Below are positions 6,044 to 14,408 of a stretch of 24,000 nucleotides of DNA, piece after piece. A program made the translations under genes and the position numbers. This DNA is from an uncultured Rhodocyclaceae bacterium. Lineage in GTDB: Bacteria; Pseudomonadota; Gammaproteobacteria; Burkholderiales; Rhodocyclaceae. The notes under the pieces are model-generated. The model did not search any database, was not told where the DNA came from, and saw only the letters and a list, made by a program, of their open reading frames with translations. Position 1 is the stretch's first letter. Each line of letters starts with the position of its first letter. The stretch spans positions 98,457 through 122,456 of the forward strand of contig CAZSHO010000001.1 of NCBI GenBank assembly GCA_964607005.1, written 5' to 3'.

Positions 6044-7972
6044 ATGCTCAAGCTGACCCACAAAACCCTGCAATGGTTTTTCATGCGTGTCGAAGGCCTT
6101 TTCAACCTGGCTTTTGGCGAAAAACTCAATCCGCTCTATCACCTGGGCACCATCACCTTCTGGCAGTTCTGGCTGGTCGCCGTGAGCGGCCTGTACCTCT
6201 TCGTCTTCACCGACACCGGCGTCAAGGATGCCTACCTGTCTGTCGAACGCATCACCCATGTCCAGTGGTGGGCCGGCGGCATCCTGCGCAGCATCCACCG
6301 CTACGCCTCGGACGGCATGATCCTCACCATGTTGCTGCACATGGTGCGCCATTTCGCCTTTGACCGCTATCGCGGTTTTCGCTGGTTCTCCTGGATGACC
6401 GGTGTCGTGCTGATCTGGCTGGTGTACATCTCGGGCATCAATGGCTTCATGCTGGTGTGGGACCGTCTTGCGCAATTCGTGACCGTCACCACCGCCGAAA
6501 TGTTCGACTGGTTTCCGATGTTTCATGGCGTGGTCATCCGCAACTTCATTTTCGAGGGTGCGGTCAATGACCGTCTGTTCACCCTGTTCGCCTTCATTCA
6601 TCTGGGCGCGCCCCTGCTGGTGCTGATGGTGATGTGGATCCACGTCCAGCGCGTGCCGCGCGCCAACATCAATCCGCCACGGACGATCGCCCTCTGGGTG
6701 ACGCTCACCTTCGTCGTGCTCTCCCTCGTCAAGCCGGTCGTCAGCCAGGGGCCGGCCAACCTCTCGGTCGAAGTGGGCAAGCTCGATTTCGACTGGTTCC
6801 TGCTGCCGGTCTTTGCCCTCGTCTATGAATGGCCGATGAAATACATCTGGGGGCTGCTCTTCGGTCTCACCGGTCTGCTGTATCTGTTTCCCTGGCTGCC
6901 GCCCAAACGGCGTGGCGCAGCCAAGGCCGAACTGGACATCAGCGTGCATCCGGACAACAAAACGGTGCAGGCGCACTTTGGCGAAACCATCCTCGATGCC
7001 GGCCTGCGCAACGACATCAATCTGCCCTACGAATGCCGCAATGGCGGCTGCGGCCTGTGCAAGTGCTCGGTACTGCAAGGCGAGGTCGATGCCGGTCTCT
7101 ACCAGCCGGAAGCACTCAGCGAAGCCGAGCGGGCGATGGGCAAGGTGCTGATGTGCTGCGCCACACCGCTCACCGACATCGAAATCGAATACGAACCGCA
7201 GTTCGCCCTGGTGCGAGCCCCCATCAAGGAATACGCCGGCACCGTCGACAAGATGGAAAAACTCACCCATGACGTCATGGGAGTGACGATCCGGCTGCCG
7301 CAAGGCGAGCGCATCGCCTTCAGCGCCGGTCAGTACATCAACATCATCCTCGAGGATGGTGCGCGGCGTGCCTTCTCGTTTGCCAGCGCACCGCACAACG
7401 CCGAACACATCGAGCTGCAGATCCGCCTCGTGCCGGGCGGACGCTTCACGACACAGGTCTTCGAGACGATGAAGGTGGGTGATCCGGTCCGCTTCGAAGG
7501 CCCGCTCGGCGACTTTGTCCTGCGCGAATCGAGCCGGCCGATCATCTTCGTCGCCGGCGCCACCGGCTTCGCACCGGTGAAGAGCATGGTCGAGGATGCC
7601 TTCCACCGCGGGCTGAAACGGCCGATCCGTCTCTACTGGGGCATCCGCCATCCGCAGGACCTCTACATGGCCGACCTGCCGGAAAAATGGCAGCAGGAAC
7701 ACGGCACTTTCAAGTTCATCCCGGTCGTCTCGGAACCTGCGGACGGGGATGGCTGGAACGGGCGCACCGGCCTCGTGCATGAGGCCATCCTGCAGGATTT
7801 CCCCAGTCTGGCCGGCAATGAAATCTACGCCTGCGGCTCGGTGCGCATGGTTGAGGCAATCTTTCCCCAACTGAAGAACCATGGGGCGGAAGAAGGCATG
7901 TGCTTCTCGGACGCTTTCACCCTCTCGGCACGCTCCATGGCGCTGCAGGTACCGGAGGACCCGGCGGGCTGA
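6044..7972 (+). CDS. Fusion protein: diheme cytochrome b + plant-type [2Fe-2S] ferredoxin + FNR-family FAD/NAD(P)H oxidoreductase
   Basis: The N-terminal domain is paralogous to 775-1500, with the same two His pairs 14 residues apart (RSIHRYASDGMILTMLLHMV; FIHLGAPLLVLMVMWIHVQ). It has the C-x4-C-x2-C...C motif (YECRNGGCGLCKC...VLMCCATP). FNR-family motifs are present: RAFSFAS, GPLGDF, FVAGATGFAPVKSM and YACGS. Confidence 0.85.
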   Translation: MLKLTHKTLQWFFMRVEGLFNLAFGEKLNPLYHLGTITFWQFWLVAVSGLYLFVFTDTGVKDAYLSVERITHVQWWAGGILRSIHRYASDGMILTMLLHMVRHFAFDRYRGFRWFSWMTGVVLIWLVYISGINGFMLVWDRLAQFVTVTTAEMFDWFPMFHGVVIRNFIFEGAVNDRLFTLFAFIHLGAPLLVLMVMWIHVQRVPRANINPPRTIALWVTLTFVVLSLVKPVVSQGPANLSVEVGKLDFDWFLLPVFALVYEWPMKYIWGLLFGLTGLLYLFPWLPPKRRGAAKAELDISVHPDNKTVQAHFGETILDAGLRNDINLPYECRNGGCGLCKCSVLQGEVDAGLYQPEALSEAERAMGKVLMCCATPLTDIEIEYEPQFALVRAPIKEYAGTVDKMEKLTHDVMGVTIRLPQGERIAFSAGQYINIILEDGARRAFSFASAPHNAEHIELQIRLVPGGRFTTQVFETMKVGDPVRFEGPLGDFVLRESSRPIIFVAGATGFAPVKSMVEDAFHRGLKRPIRLYWGIRHPQDLYMADLPEKWQQEHGTFKFIPVVSEPADGDGWNGRTGLVHEAILQDFPSLAGNEIYACGSVRMVEAIFPQLKNHGAEEGMCFSDAFTLSARSMALQVPEDPAG

Positions 7973-7989
7973 AAGGCATCCACCCGACA

Positions 7990-8017
7990 GAAAACGGCCT
8001 CGATCGAGGCCGTTTTC
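7990..8017. terminator. Bidirectional rho-independent terminator between convergent genes
   Basis: A perfect 28-nt palindrome (GAAAACGGCCTCGA/TCGAGGCCGTTTTC) with A-runs and T-runs on both sides, located between the stops at 7972 (+) and 8042 (-). Confidence 0.8.
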
Positions 8018-8041
8018 GTTGCAGCAGGAGAGACGTTACAC

Positions 8042-9289
8042 TCAGTCCGGCAGCGCGATCCTGCCGTCCTTGCTGAGGAGATAATCCCTGAAGACGTGTT
8101 CGGCACTGAGCAGCTGATAGCTGCCATCGGCCAGTTTGTGCGAGGTGTCCTTCAGGCGATACGTGGTTGCACCGCAAGTCCAGCAGTCAAAGTTGCGCAT
8201 GTGGGTGCACAGGCAGGTTTTGTCCTTGACGCTGATCGTCTTGGCGCCAGGGTTTTTTGCCAGCTCCCGATAATAGGCGTCGATATAGTCGCAATGCCCC
8301 TTGGCATCGAGCAGATAGCCATAGGCCTCACAATTGGGCCGGATGCCGGCGCCGATCGCCGGGCTGCTCTTCAGCATGCGCATCGGATATCCGGTCGGCG
8401 AAATGCCGTTGACCTCGATGTCCTCTTCGTTTGCCTTGAAGTATTCCTGCTTGACATCGTCCGGCAGACCGCATTCGTGCGTCACGGTGAAGCGCGTGGC
8501 CACCTGGATGGCCGCGGCACCGGCTTCGAGATACTCGACGGCGTCGCTGCCAGTGAAGATACCCCCGGCCGGAATCACCGGAATGTCGAGTTTTTCCTCG
8601 CGCAGCCACTGCATGATTTCGGCAACGATGGCGCGCAGATCGTATTTCATCCAGTCGTCGAGACCGAAACCGAGGTGCCCTCCGGCCAGCGGTCCTTCCA
8701 CCACGACATAATCGGGCAAGCGACCGGTGCGTGCACTTTTCTTGATGAAGATTTTCAGCGCGCGCAAGGATGAGACGATGATGCCCAGTTTCACATCCGC
8801 AAAGCGCGGGTGCTCTTCGATCAGATCGAAGGTTCCCATGTGCAGGCCGGCCGCCAGTGTGATGCCGTCGATGCCGGCATCCATGGCGGAAGTCAGACGG
8901 ATGCGCAGCGTCTCCTTGGGCGCATTCATCGTCAGCTTTTCCATGCAGTTGATGAAGATCAGCCCGTCGCCGCGCTTGGCATCCATGGTGCGCCCGACAT
9001 GCAGGCGCGTCGCCTCGGCGACGTCGCTCAGATCGAACTGGACTTCGGACTTGTCCGGGTTGGCGACATTGTATTTGTAGCGCTTTTGCTTGGCACTGAC
9101 GAATTTGGTGTCGTAGCGGCGATCGGTCACCGTGCGGGTCATCGCATCCGAGATATGGCCGATGCCGCCCAGGCGGGCCGCCACCAGGGCCAGATCGGTC
9201 GCCGAGATGTCCACGCCCATGCCGCCAATCATGATCGGCACCAGTTCGCGCCCGCTCAGACGCAGACGAAAATCATCCACACTTTTCAT
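8042..9289 (-). CDS. Nitronate monooxygenase (2-nitropropane dioxygenase, NPD)-family FMN oxidoreductase with a Cys-rich C-terminal extension
   Basis: It has the N-terminal IMIGGMGVDIS...LGGIGHIS motif, plus VVVEGPLAGGHLGF and IPVIPAGGIFTGSD, which are typical of the NMO/FabK-like TIM-barrel family. The C-terminal roughly 90 aa carry 7 Cys. Confidence 0.7.
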   Translation of the reverse strand: MKSVDDFRLRLSGRELVPIMIGGMGVDISATDLALVAARLGGIGHISDAMTRTVTDRRYDTKFVSAKQKRYKYNVANPDKSEVQFDLSDVAEATRLHVGRTMDAKRGDGLIFINCMEKLTMNAPKETLRIRLTSAMDAGIDGITLAAGLHMGTFDLIEEHPRFADVKLGIIVSSLRALKIFIKKSARTGRLPDYVVVEGPLAGGHLGFGLDDWMKYDLRAIVAEIMQWLREEKLDIPVIPAGGIFTGSDAVEYLEAGAAAIQVATRFTVTHECGLPDDVKQEYFKANEEDIEVNGISPTGYPMRMLKSSPAIGAGIRPNCEAYGYLLDAKGHCDYIDAYYRELAKNPGAKTISVKDKTCLCTHMRNFDCWTCGATTYRLKDTSHKLADGSYQLLSAEHVFRDYLLSKDGRIALPD

Positions 9290-9619
9290 TGAAGCCTCTG
9301 GAATACAGCCAGCGAGGATCGCGCCGGCGCGAAAGGGGAAGCGAAAGCGTCATTCTACGCCATGCGCGTCACCCGTATCCGGGAAATCGTGCCGCCGGAG
9401 ACGGCAGGGCAGCACCGATCAGCACCCCGCCGGGCAAGTGGCCGGCCGGCAAAAAGTCAGTTCCCGCGATACGGCGCTCGATGCATGCAACGCGCCGGCC
9501 GGGCAACAGCAGGAAAGCAGCACTTTGCCAGTGAACCGCCATAATCCGGACAGATTCCGGCCGCAGCCGGCCATTTGTGCTGCATAGAGTGGCCGCTTCT
9601 GCACACACCGGGAGGTACC

Positions 9620-10966
9620 ATGCAAAAAACATTGCTGCTCAAGGCCGCGCTGGTCGCCCTGATTCTGCTGCTGCTCAAGGGGCTACTGCTATTTTTTGGC
9701 AACGTCGTGGACGAACGCCAGGGACGCCAGCAGGCAGTTATCCAGGAGATCGCCGCCAGCCAGTATGGCGCGCAGGTGTTCGCCGGCCCGATCCTGTCCG
9801 TGCCCTATATCGAGGAATACGACAAAACCATCACGGTCGGGGGCGTCAAGAAGATCGAGAAGCGGCGCGTCGAGCGGACATTGCGTCTTTTCCCCGACAA
9901 TCTGGACGTGCGCGGTGAAGCCACCCTCAGCCGCAAGTCGCGTGGCCTGTTCAAGGCCCTCCTCTTCGACTGGCAGGCCAGCGTGAGCGGCGAATTCCTG
10001 TTGCAGGCCGTGTCTGTCCCGCGCAGCACGCCGCAGTCGAACATCATCTGGGGGCAGCCGGTGTTGAGTCTGACGCTGGGCGACCCGCGCGGCCTCTTCG
10101 GTACCCCCACCCTGCAATGGGACGGCGCACCGCTCGCCTTCGCGCGCGGCAGCGGCCTGGCCCATGGCGGCAGCGGCATCCACGCCCTGCCCGGCAAGTT
10201 CGACCCGACGCAGACGCAACGCCATGCCTTCACCCTCACGCTTGGCCTGCGCGGCAGTGATTCCCTCTCCTTCGTGCCGCTGGCCAGCCGCAACCACATT
10301 GCACTCACCTCACCCTGGCCGCATCCGAGCTTCGGCGGCCAGTTCCTGCCCGACCCGCAATCGCAGCGCGTCACACAGAAGGGTTTCGTCGCCGAATGGC
10401 AGATCAGCGCCCTGGCCAGCCGCGCCCAGCAGCAGTTCGCCGCGTACCTCGAGCAGCCGGCCGAGTGCGGCAACCCTCCCTGCACCGAGCGGGCGACGGT
10501 CAGCTTCATCGAGCCGATCAACATCTACATGCTCTCCGAGCGCGCCATCAAGTACGGCCTGCTGTTCATCCTGCTCACTTTCGCCGGCTTCCTGCTCTTC
10601 GAACTGCTCAAGCACCTGCCCATCCACCCGGCACAGTATTTCCTCATCGGCCTTGCCATGGCGGTCTTTTTCCTGCTGCTGATCGCCCTGTCGGAGCATA
10701 TCGCCTTCGTTCTGGCCTACCTGGTTGCCGCCGCCGCCTGCATTCTGCTGATCAGCATCTACCTGAGTGCCGTGCTGCGCAGCGTCCGGCGCGGTGCGGC
10801 ATTTGGCGCACTGCTCACGCTGCTCTACGGAGTGTTGTACGGGTTGCTGGCCTCAGAGGACAATGCACTGCTCCTCGGCGCACTGCTCGTCTTTGCCATG
10901 ATCGCCCTGATCATGCTCGCCACGCGCAAGGTTGACTGGTACACGCTCGATGCGACGAAGCGCTGA
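9620..10966 (+). CDS. creD: Inner-membrane protein CreD (cell envelope integrity protein)
   Basis: The ATG at 9620 is preceded by GGAGG. The ORF-track start at 9575 adds 15 residues with no RBS. The protein is 448 aa, with one N-terminal TM, a large periplasmic domain and a C-terminal cluster of TM helices (LSERAIKYGLLFILLTFAGFLLFE), matching CreD architecture. Confidence 0.7.
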   Translation: MQKTLLLKAALVALILLLLKGLLLFFGNVVDERQGRQQAVIQEIAASQYGAQVFAGPILSVPYIEEYDKTITVGGVKKIEKRRVERTLRLFPDNLDVRGEATLSRKSRGLFKALLFDWQASVSGEFLLQAVSVPRSTPQSNIIWGQPVLSLTLGDPRGLFGTPTLQWDGAPLAFARGSGLAHGGSGIHALPGKFDPTQTQRHAFTLTLGLRGSDSLSFVPLASRNHIALTSPWPHPSFGGQFLPDPQSQRVTQKGFVAEWQISALASRAQQQFAAYLEQPAECGNPPCTERATVSFIEPINIYMLSERAIKYGLLFILLTFAGFLLFELLKHLPIHPAQYFLIGLAMAVFFLLLIALSEHIAFVLAYLVAAAACILLISIYLSAVLRSVRRGAAFGALLTLLYGVLYGLLASEDNALLLGALLVFAMIALIMLATRKVDWYTLDATKR

Positions 10967-10990
10967 CACGTGCGGCCCGCACCGCTCCAG

Positions 10991-11044
10991 CAGAAAAGTC
11001 AGTCGCTGCGGCACGGCGCCAGCGGGCGGCGTTGCAGGCGACTG
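10991..11044 (-). terminator. Possible terminator of the nir operon (imperfect GC-rich hairpin followed by a short T-run on the minus strand)
   Basis: On the minus strand, CAGTCGCCTGC...GCAGCGACTG forms a 10-bp stem with one bulge. It is followed by ACTTTTCTG and lies 17 nt after the nirN stop. Confidence 0.35.
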
Positions 11045-11060
11045 GCGCGCGCGACCCGCC

Positions 11061-12656
11061 TCAGTGGCTGGTGCCCTCCGAACGGGTGATCTTGTTCCAG
11101 ACATTGTATTTACCGACCGGTTTGCACGCCGGGATGCGCTTCACTTCCTTCAGCGTCGCCGCATCAAAGACGATCAGCGCACCTTCCTGTTCCATCAGGC
11201 TCGCCAGCGCATAGCGGCCGTCCTTGGTGAATTCGACGTGCGCAAGTGTCTTGCCCGGTTCCGGACGCAGATGGGCGACAACTTCCAGCGTCTGCTTGTC
11301 GATCACCGTCAGGGTGTCCTTGTGTTCGCGGCTCATCATCGAATCGGTCCAGGCATAGCGGGAGTTCTCATGACTACGCATGAAAAATCCCGGACCGGGT
11401 GTCGGAATCTGCCGCACCGTCTTCCAGGTCTTCATGTCAATGACGCTGATGACGCCTTCTTTCAGATTCGGTGTCGCCATGACGCGGCGGCCCTGCCAGT
11501 CCCAGGTGATGCCCGAACCCAGATGCGGCATACCGGGCAGATCGAGTGTGGCGATGCTGCGCCGGACATCCAGATTCACCACCTGTCCCTTGCCGGCGCC
11601 CTGGCTCGCACCCATCACTTCCTTGTAATCCTGGGTGAAGAAGAAATCATCGAGAAAATCATCGACAATCGAACGGCGCGGATTGAGGAAACCCGGCACG
11701 AAAGCACCTTCACGGTATCGATAGTCATGGATATAGCCGGCGGGAATGTCCGGCGCCGTCCTGTCATAGCTGACTTCCCAGACTTCCTTGACGTCCTTGA
11801 GCGCGGCGACAAAGCTCTTGCGCGGCGCGGCATCATAGACGGCCGAGACGCGTGAGCTGCGCTTGCCTTCCTCCTCGCGCACCTCGAGAATTTTCACCGG
11901 ATTGAGATCGGCATCGAGGATTACCAGGGTATGCGGCAGATAATTGGCAACCGCCACATACTGGCCATCGCCGGAGACGGCGGCATTGCGCGTGTTGATG
12001 CCGGCGCGCACTTCGGCAACCATCTTCAGGTTCCACAAGTCGTACTTGGAGATCCAGCCATCGCGCGAGGCAAAGAAGACATAGCGCCCATCCGGTGTGA
12101 ATTTCGGCCCGCCATGCAGGGCAAAGCGCGAAGCAAAACGTGCAATCGGCTCGAGCTTGTCGCCGTCGAGAATCGTCACGTGGTGATCACCGCCTTCGAC
12201 CACGACGAACAGATTCATCGGATCGGCCGAAAATACCGGTCTGGCGGGAAGGCTGCCCGGTGCATGATGGATCACGTGAGAGGCGCGAATCTGCGCTTCA
12301 TCCCACTGCGGCATCGGCACCGGCGTGTAGAGGTAATCGGCGAGCGCCTGGATCTGCCCGGGCGTGAGCGTCTGCCGAAATGCCGGCATCTGCACGTTCG
12401 GACGACTGTCGCGGATCACCTTGAGCGCTTCGGGCTTACGCAGGCGCGCAAGATTCTCCGGCAGCAGGGCCGGCCCCATGCGGCCAAAACGATCGGCGCC
12501 ATGACACTCGGCGCAGTGCTGGCGATACAGTTCGGGCACCGTCTCGGCAGCGGTTGCAGAAGCATTCACCACAGAGAGGCAGAGACACAGGAAGAAAAGA
12601 AGATACCTGGCTGCCCTCTGTGCCGGTGTGTCTCCATGATGAAACAGGGTTTTCAT
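11061..12656 (-). CDS. nirN: NirN, cytochrome c + cd1-like beta-propeller protein (dihydro-heme d1 dehydrogenase)
   Basis: It starts at MKTLFHH, with an ATGA overlap onto the nirJ stop. It has a signal-like N-terminus, a CAECHG heme c motif, a cd1 propeller, and the conserved C-terminus GKYNVWNKITRSEGTSH. The ORF-track N-terminal 81 aa lie inside nirJ in another frame. Confidence 0.9.
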   Translation of the reverse strand: MKTLFHHGDTPAQRAARYLLFFLCLCLSVVNASATAAETVPELYRQHCAECHGADRFGRMGPALLPENLARLRKPEALKVIRDSRPNVQMPAFRQTLTPGQIQALADYLYTPVPMPQWDEAQIRASHVIHHAPGSLPARPVFSADPMNLFVVVEGGDHHVTILDGDKLEPIARFASRFALHGGPKFTPDGRYVFFASRDGWISKYDLWNLKMVAEVRAGINTRNAAVSGDGQYVAVANYLPHTLVILDADLNPVKILEVREEEGKRSSRVSAVYDAAPRKSFVAALKDVKEVWEVSYDRTAPDIPAGYIHDYRYREGAFVPGFLNPRRSIVDDFLDDFFFTQDYKEVMGASQGAGKGQVVNLDVRRSIATLDLPGMPHLGSGITWDWQGRRVMATPNLKEGVISVIDMKTWKTVRQIPTPGPGFFMRSHENSRYAWTDSMMSREHKDTLTVIDKQTLEVVAHLRPEPGKTLAHVEFTKDGRYALASLMEQEGALIVFDAATLKEVKRIPACKPVGKYNVWNKITRSEGTSH

Positions 12657-13795
12657 TTCAGCCCGATCTCCTCGTCGGTGAGATAGCAGCCCGGGTCTTC
12701 CGCCCAGGGGTTGCCCGTCAGTTGCAACGCACGCACGCGCGTGTTGCCATCGCAGATGTCGAAGTGGGCGCAGCCGGCGCAGCGCCCGCCGATCCGGCGC
12801 GGCTTGTTCTTCAGCCCGGCCATGATCGGGTCGGTGGTGTCTGGCCAGATTGCGGAGAAGGGCCGTTCGCGCACATTGCCCAGGGTGTGGTGCCACCACA
12901 TCGTGTCGGGGTGGACATTGCCGAGGTTATCGATGTTGGCGACATTCACACCGGAGGAATTGCCGCCCCACTGGACGAGTCTGGCGCGGATATGGGCGGC
13001 ACGCTCGGGAAAGTGCTTTTCCACCCAGTGGAGGAAATACACGCCGTCGGCATCGTTGTTGCCCGTGGTGAATTCCTTCTTCAGGCCGCGCTGCATATAG
13101 CTCCAGCAGGTGTCAAAGAGCAGGTCCATCGCCTGGCGCGTCATCTGGTGATGGGCATCATCCTTGCGATTCTTGTTGCCGCGGCCAGCATAGTTCAGAT
13201 GCGAGAAGTAGAAGCGGTCGATACCCTCGTCCTCGACCAGTTGCAGCAGCTGCGGCAGGTCCTGGACGTTGTCCCGCGTCAGGGTGAAGCGCACGCCGAT
13301 CTTCAGATCAAGCTCCCGGCACAGGCGGATGCCGGCGAGCGAGCGCTCGAAGGCGCCCTGCAGGCGACGGAACTGGTCATGCGTCTGGCGGATGCCGTCA
13401 AGGCTCACCCCCACGTAGTCAAAGTCAGTTGCGGCGATACGGCGGATATTGGATTGATCGATAAGAGTGCCGTTGGTCGACAGCCCGACATAGAAGCCCA
13501 TCTCCTTGGCGCGCCCGGCAATCTCGAAAATGTCCGGGCGCAGCAACGGCTCGCCGCCGGAGAGGATCAGCACCGGCACACGAAAGCGCTTGAGATCCTC
13601 CATCACCGTGAAGACTTCCTGCAGATTCAGTTCGCCGGCAAACTCCTTGTCGGCGGAAATCGAATAGCAGTGCTTGCAGGTGAGGTTGCAGCGGCGGATC
13701 AGGTTCCAGATAACCACCGGTCCCGGAGGATTGCGCTTCTCGCCCGGCGGCGTGGGATGGGCAATCTCTTCCATGTATTGGGAAATTCTGAACAT
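12653..13795 (-). CDS. nirJ: NirJ, radical-SAM heme d1 biosynthesis protein
   Basis: It has the CNLTCKHCY radical-SAM CxxxCxxC motif and a C-terminal Cys cluster (GGRCAGCAHFDICDGNTRVRA). The preferred start is ATG 13795 (MFRISQYM), with GGAGA 7 nt upstream. The ORF track uses the TTG at 13801. Confidence 0.9.
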   Translation of the reverse strand: MFRISQYMEEIAHPTPPGEKRNPPGPVVIWNLIRRCNLTCKHCYSISADKEFAGELNLQEVFTVMEDLKRFRVPVLILSGGEPLLRPDIFEIAGRAKEMGFYVGLSTNGTLIDQSNIRRIAATDFDYVGVSLDGIRQTHDQFRRLQGAFERSLAGIRLCRELDLKIGVRFTLTRDNVQDLPQLLQLVEDEGIDRFYFSHLNYAGRGNKNRKDDAHHQMTRQAMDLLFDTCWSYMQRGLKKEFTTGNNDADGVYFLHWVEKHFPERAAHIRARLVQWGGNSSGVNVANIDNLGNVHPDTMWWHHTLGNVRERPFSAIWPDTTDPIMAGLKNKPRRIGGRCAGCAHFDICDGNTRVRALQLTGNPWAEDPGCYLTDEEIGLK

Positions 13796-13910
13796 GCTCA
13801 ATTCTCCGCCAGGCCGCGCCGGGGAGGGCTGCGGTCATCAGCATGAAAGTCGCACAGCGACTGAACCGTTGTCACCCCTTTCCTCGGGGAAGGGGACGGA
13901 GGACAGATCG

Positions 13911-14408
13911 TCATATTCCGATGCGCAGTCCGGTTTTCTTCAGGATCCGGCTGCTGTAGAGAACATCATGGGTGCGGCACGCCGATCCGAGCAGGCCGGC
14001 GATTTCCAGTACCTGTCCCTCAACGTCCTCCCGGCTGCGGCCATGCACCATGGCGAACAGATTGTAGGGCCACAATGGCAAGGCGCGCGGGCGGTGATAG
14101 CAATGTGTGACGAAAGGCAGACGCCCTACCGCCGCGCCGAGTGTATCGATGCGTTCATCCTCGACATCCCAGACGCTCATGCCGTTGGCAACATAGCCGA
14201 GCGCATAGTGGTTGGGTACCGCGCCGATGCGGCGGATGATGCCCTCTTCAAGCATGCGCGCCAGACGCAGTTTGACTTCTTCCGCGTCGATACCGAGACG
14301 ATCCGCCAGTGCCGCATAGGGGCGTGGCACCAGCGGCAAACCGCCTTGCGTCTCCAGGATCAGGCGGCGATCAAGCCCGTCGAGCGGTTGCACCATGCCT
14401 GCCTTCAT
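13911..14408 (-). CDS. nirH: NirH, AsnC/Lrp-like siroheme decarboxylase subunit
   Basis: The start MKAGMVQPLDGLDRRLILETQGGLPL has an ATGA overlap with the nirG stop. It has Lrp/AsnC-like NirD/L/G/H family motifs (VPNHYALGY, VTHCYHRPR..WPYNLFAMVHG). Confidence 0.85.
   Translation of the reverse strand: MKAGMVQPLDGLDRRLILETQGGLPLVPRPYAALADRLGIDAEEVKLRLARMLEEGIIRRIGAVPNHYALGYVANGMSVWDVEDERIDTLGAAVGRLPFVTHCYHRPRALPLWPYNLFAMVHGRSREDVEGQVLEIAGLLGSACRTHDVLYSSRILKKTGLRIGI

Noticed and set aside
5978-7882. 634-aa minus-strand ORF antisense to the cyt b-Fd-FNR gene. Similar long shadow ORFs occur at 239-892(-), 766-1485(-), 4086-4937(-), 4760-5605(+), 12554-13846(+), 16005-17048(+), 17079-19172(+), 20778-21629(+) and 21514-22647(-).
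   Set aside because: Their translations are low-complexity and rich in R/A/G/H/D, with no recognisable motifs. In every case the opposite strand encodes a protein with clear family signatures. These are typical stop-poor antisense frames of high-GC DNA.
9290-9619. A 330-bp GC-rich gap between the NMO-family gene and creD. It contains small ORFs (81, 60, 87 and 68 aa), a 12-nt palindrome CGCGCCGGCGCG, and short hairpins.
   Set aside because: The ORF translations are Arg/Pro/Gly-rich with no RBS or motifs. I could not recognise a riboswitch or sRNA fold or a CreB-type TTCAC direct repeat. It is most likely a divergent promoter region, though the unusually high GC could merit a covariance-model scan.
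12657-12899. N-terminal extensions in the ORF track: nirN to 12899, nirH to 14480, nirS to 19298, creD from 9575, queA from 21409, tgt from 22451 and nirI-like to 21350.
   Set aside because: The extensions overlap the upstream gene or the tRNA and are Arg/Pro-rich nonsense. Internal starts give canonical N-termini, signal peptides, SD sequences or ATGA-type coupling.
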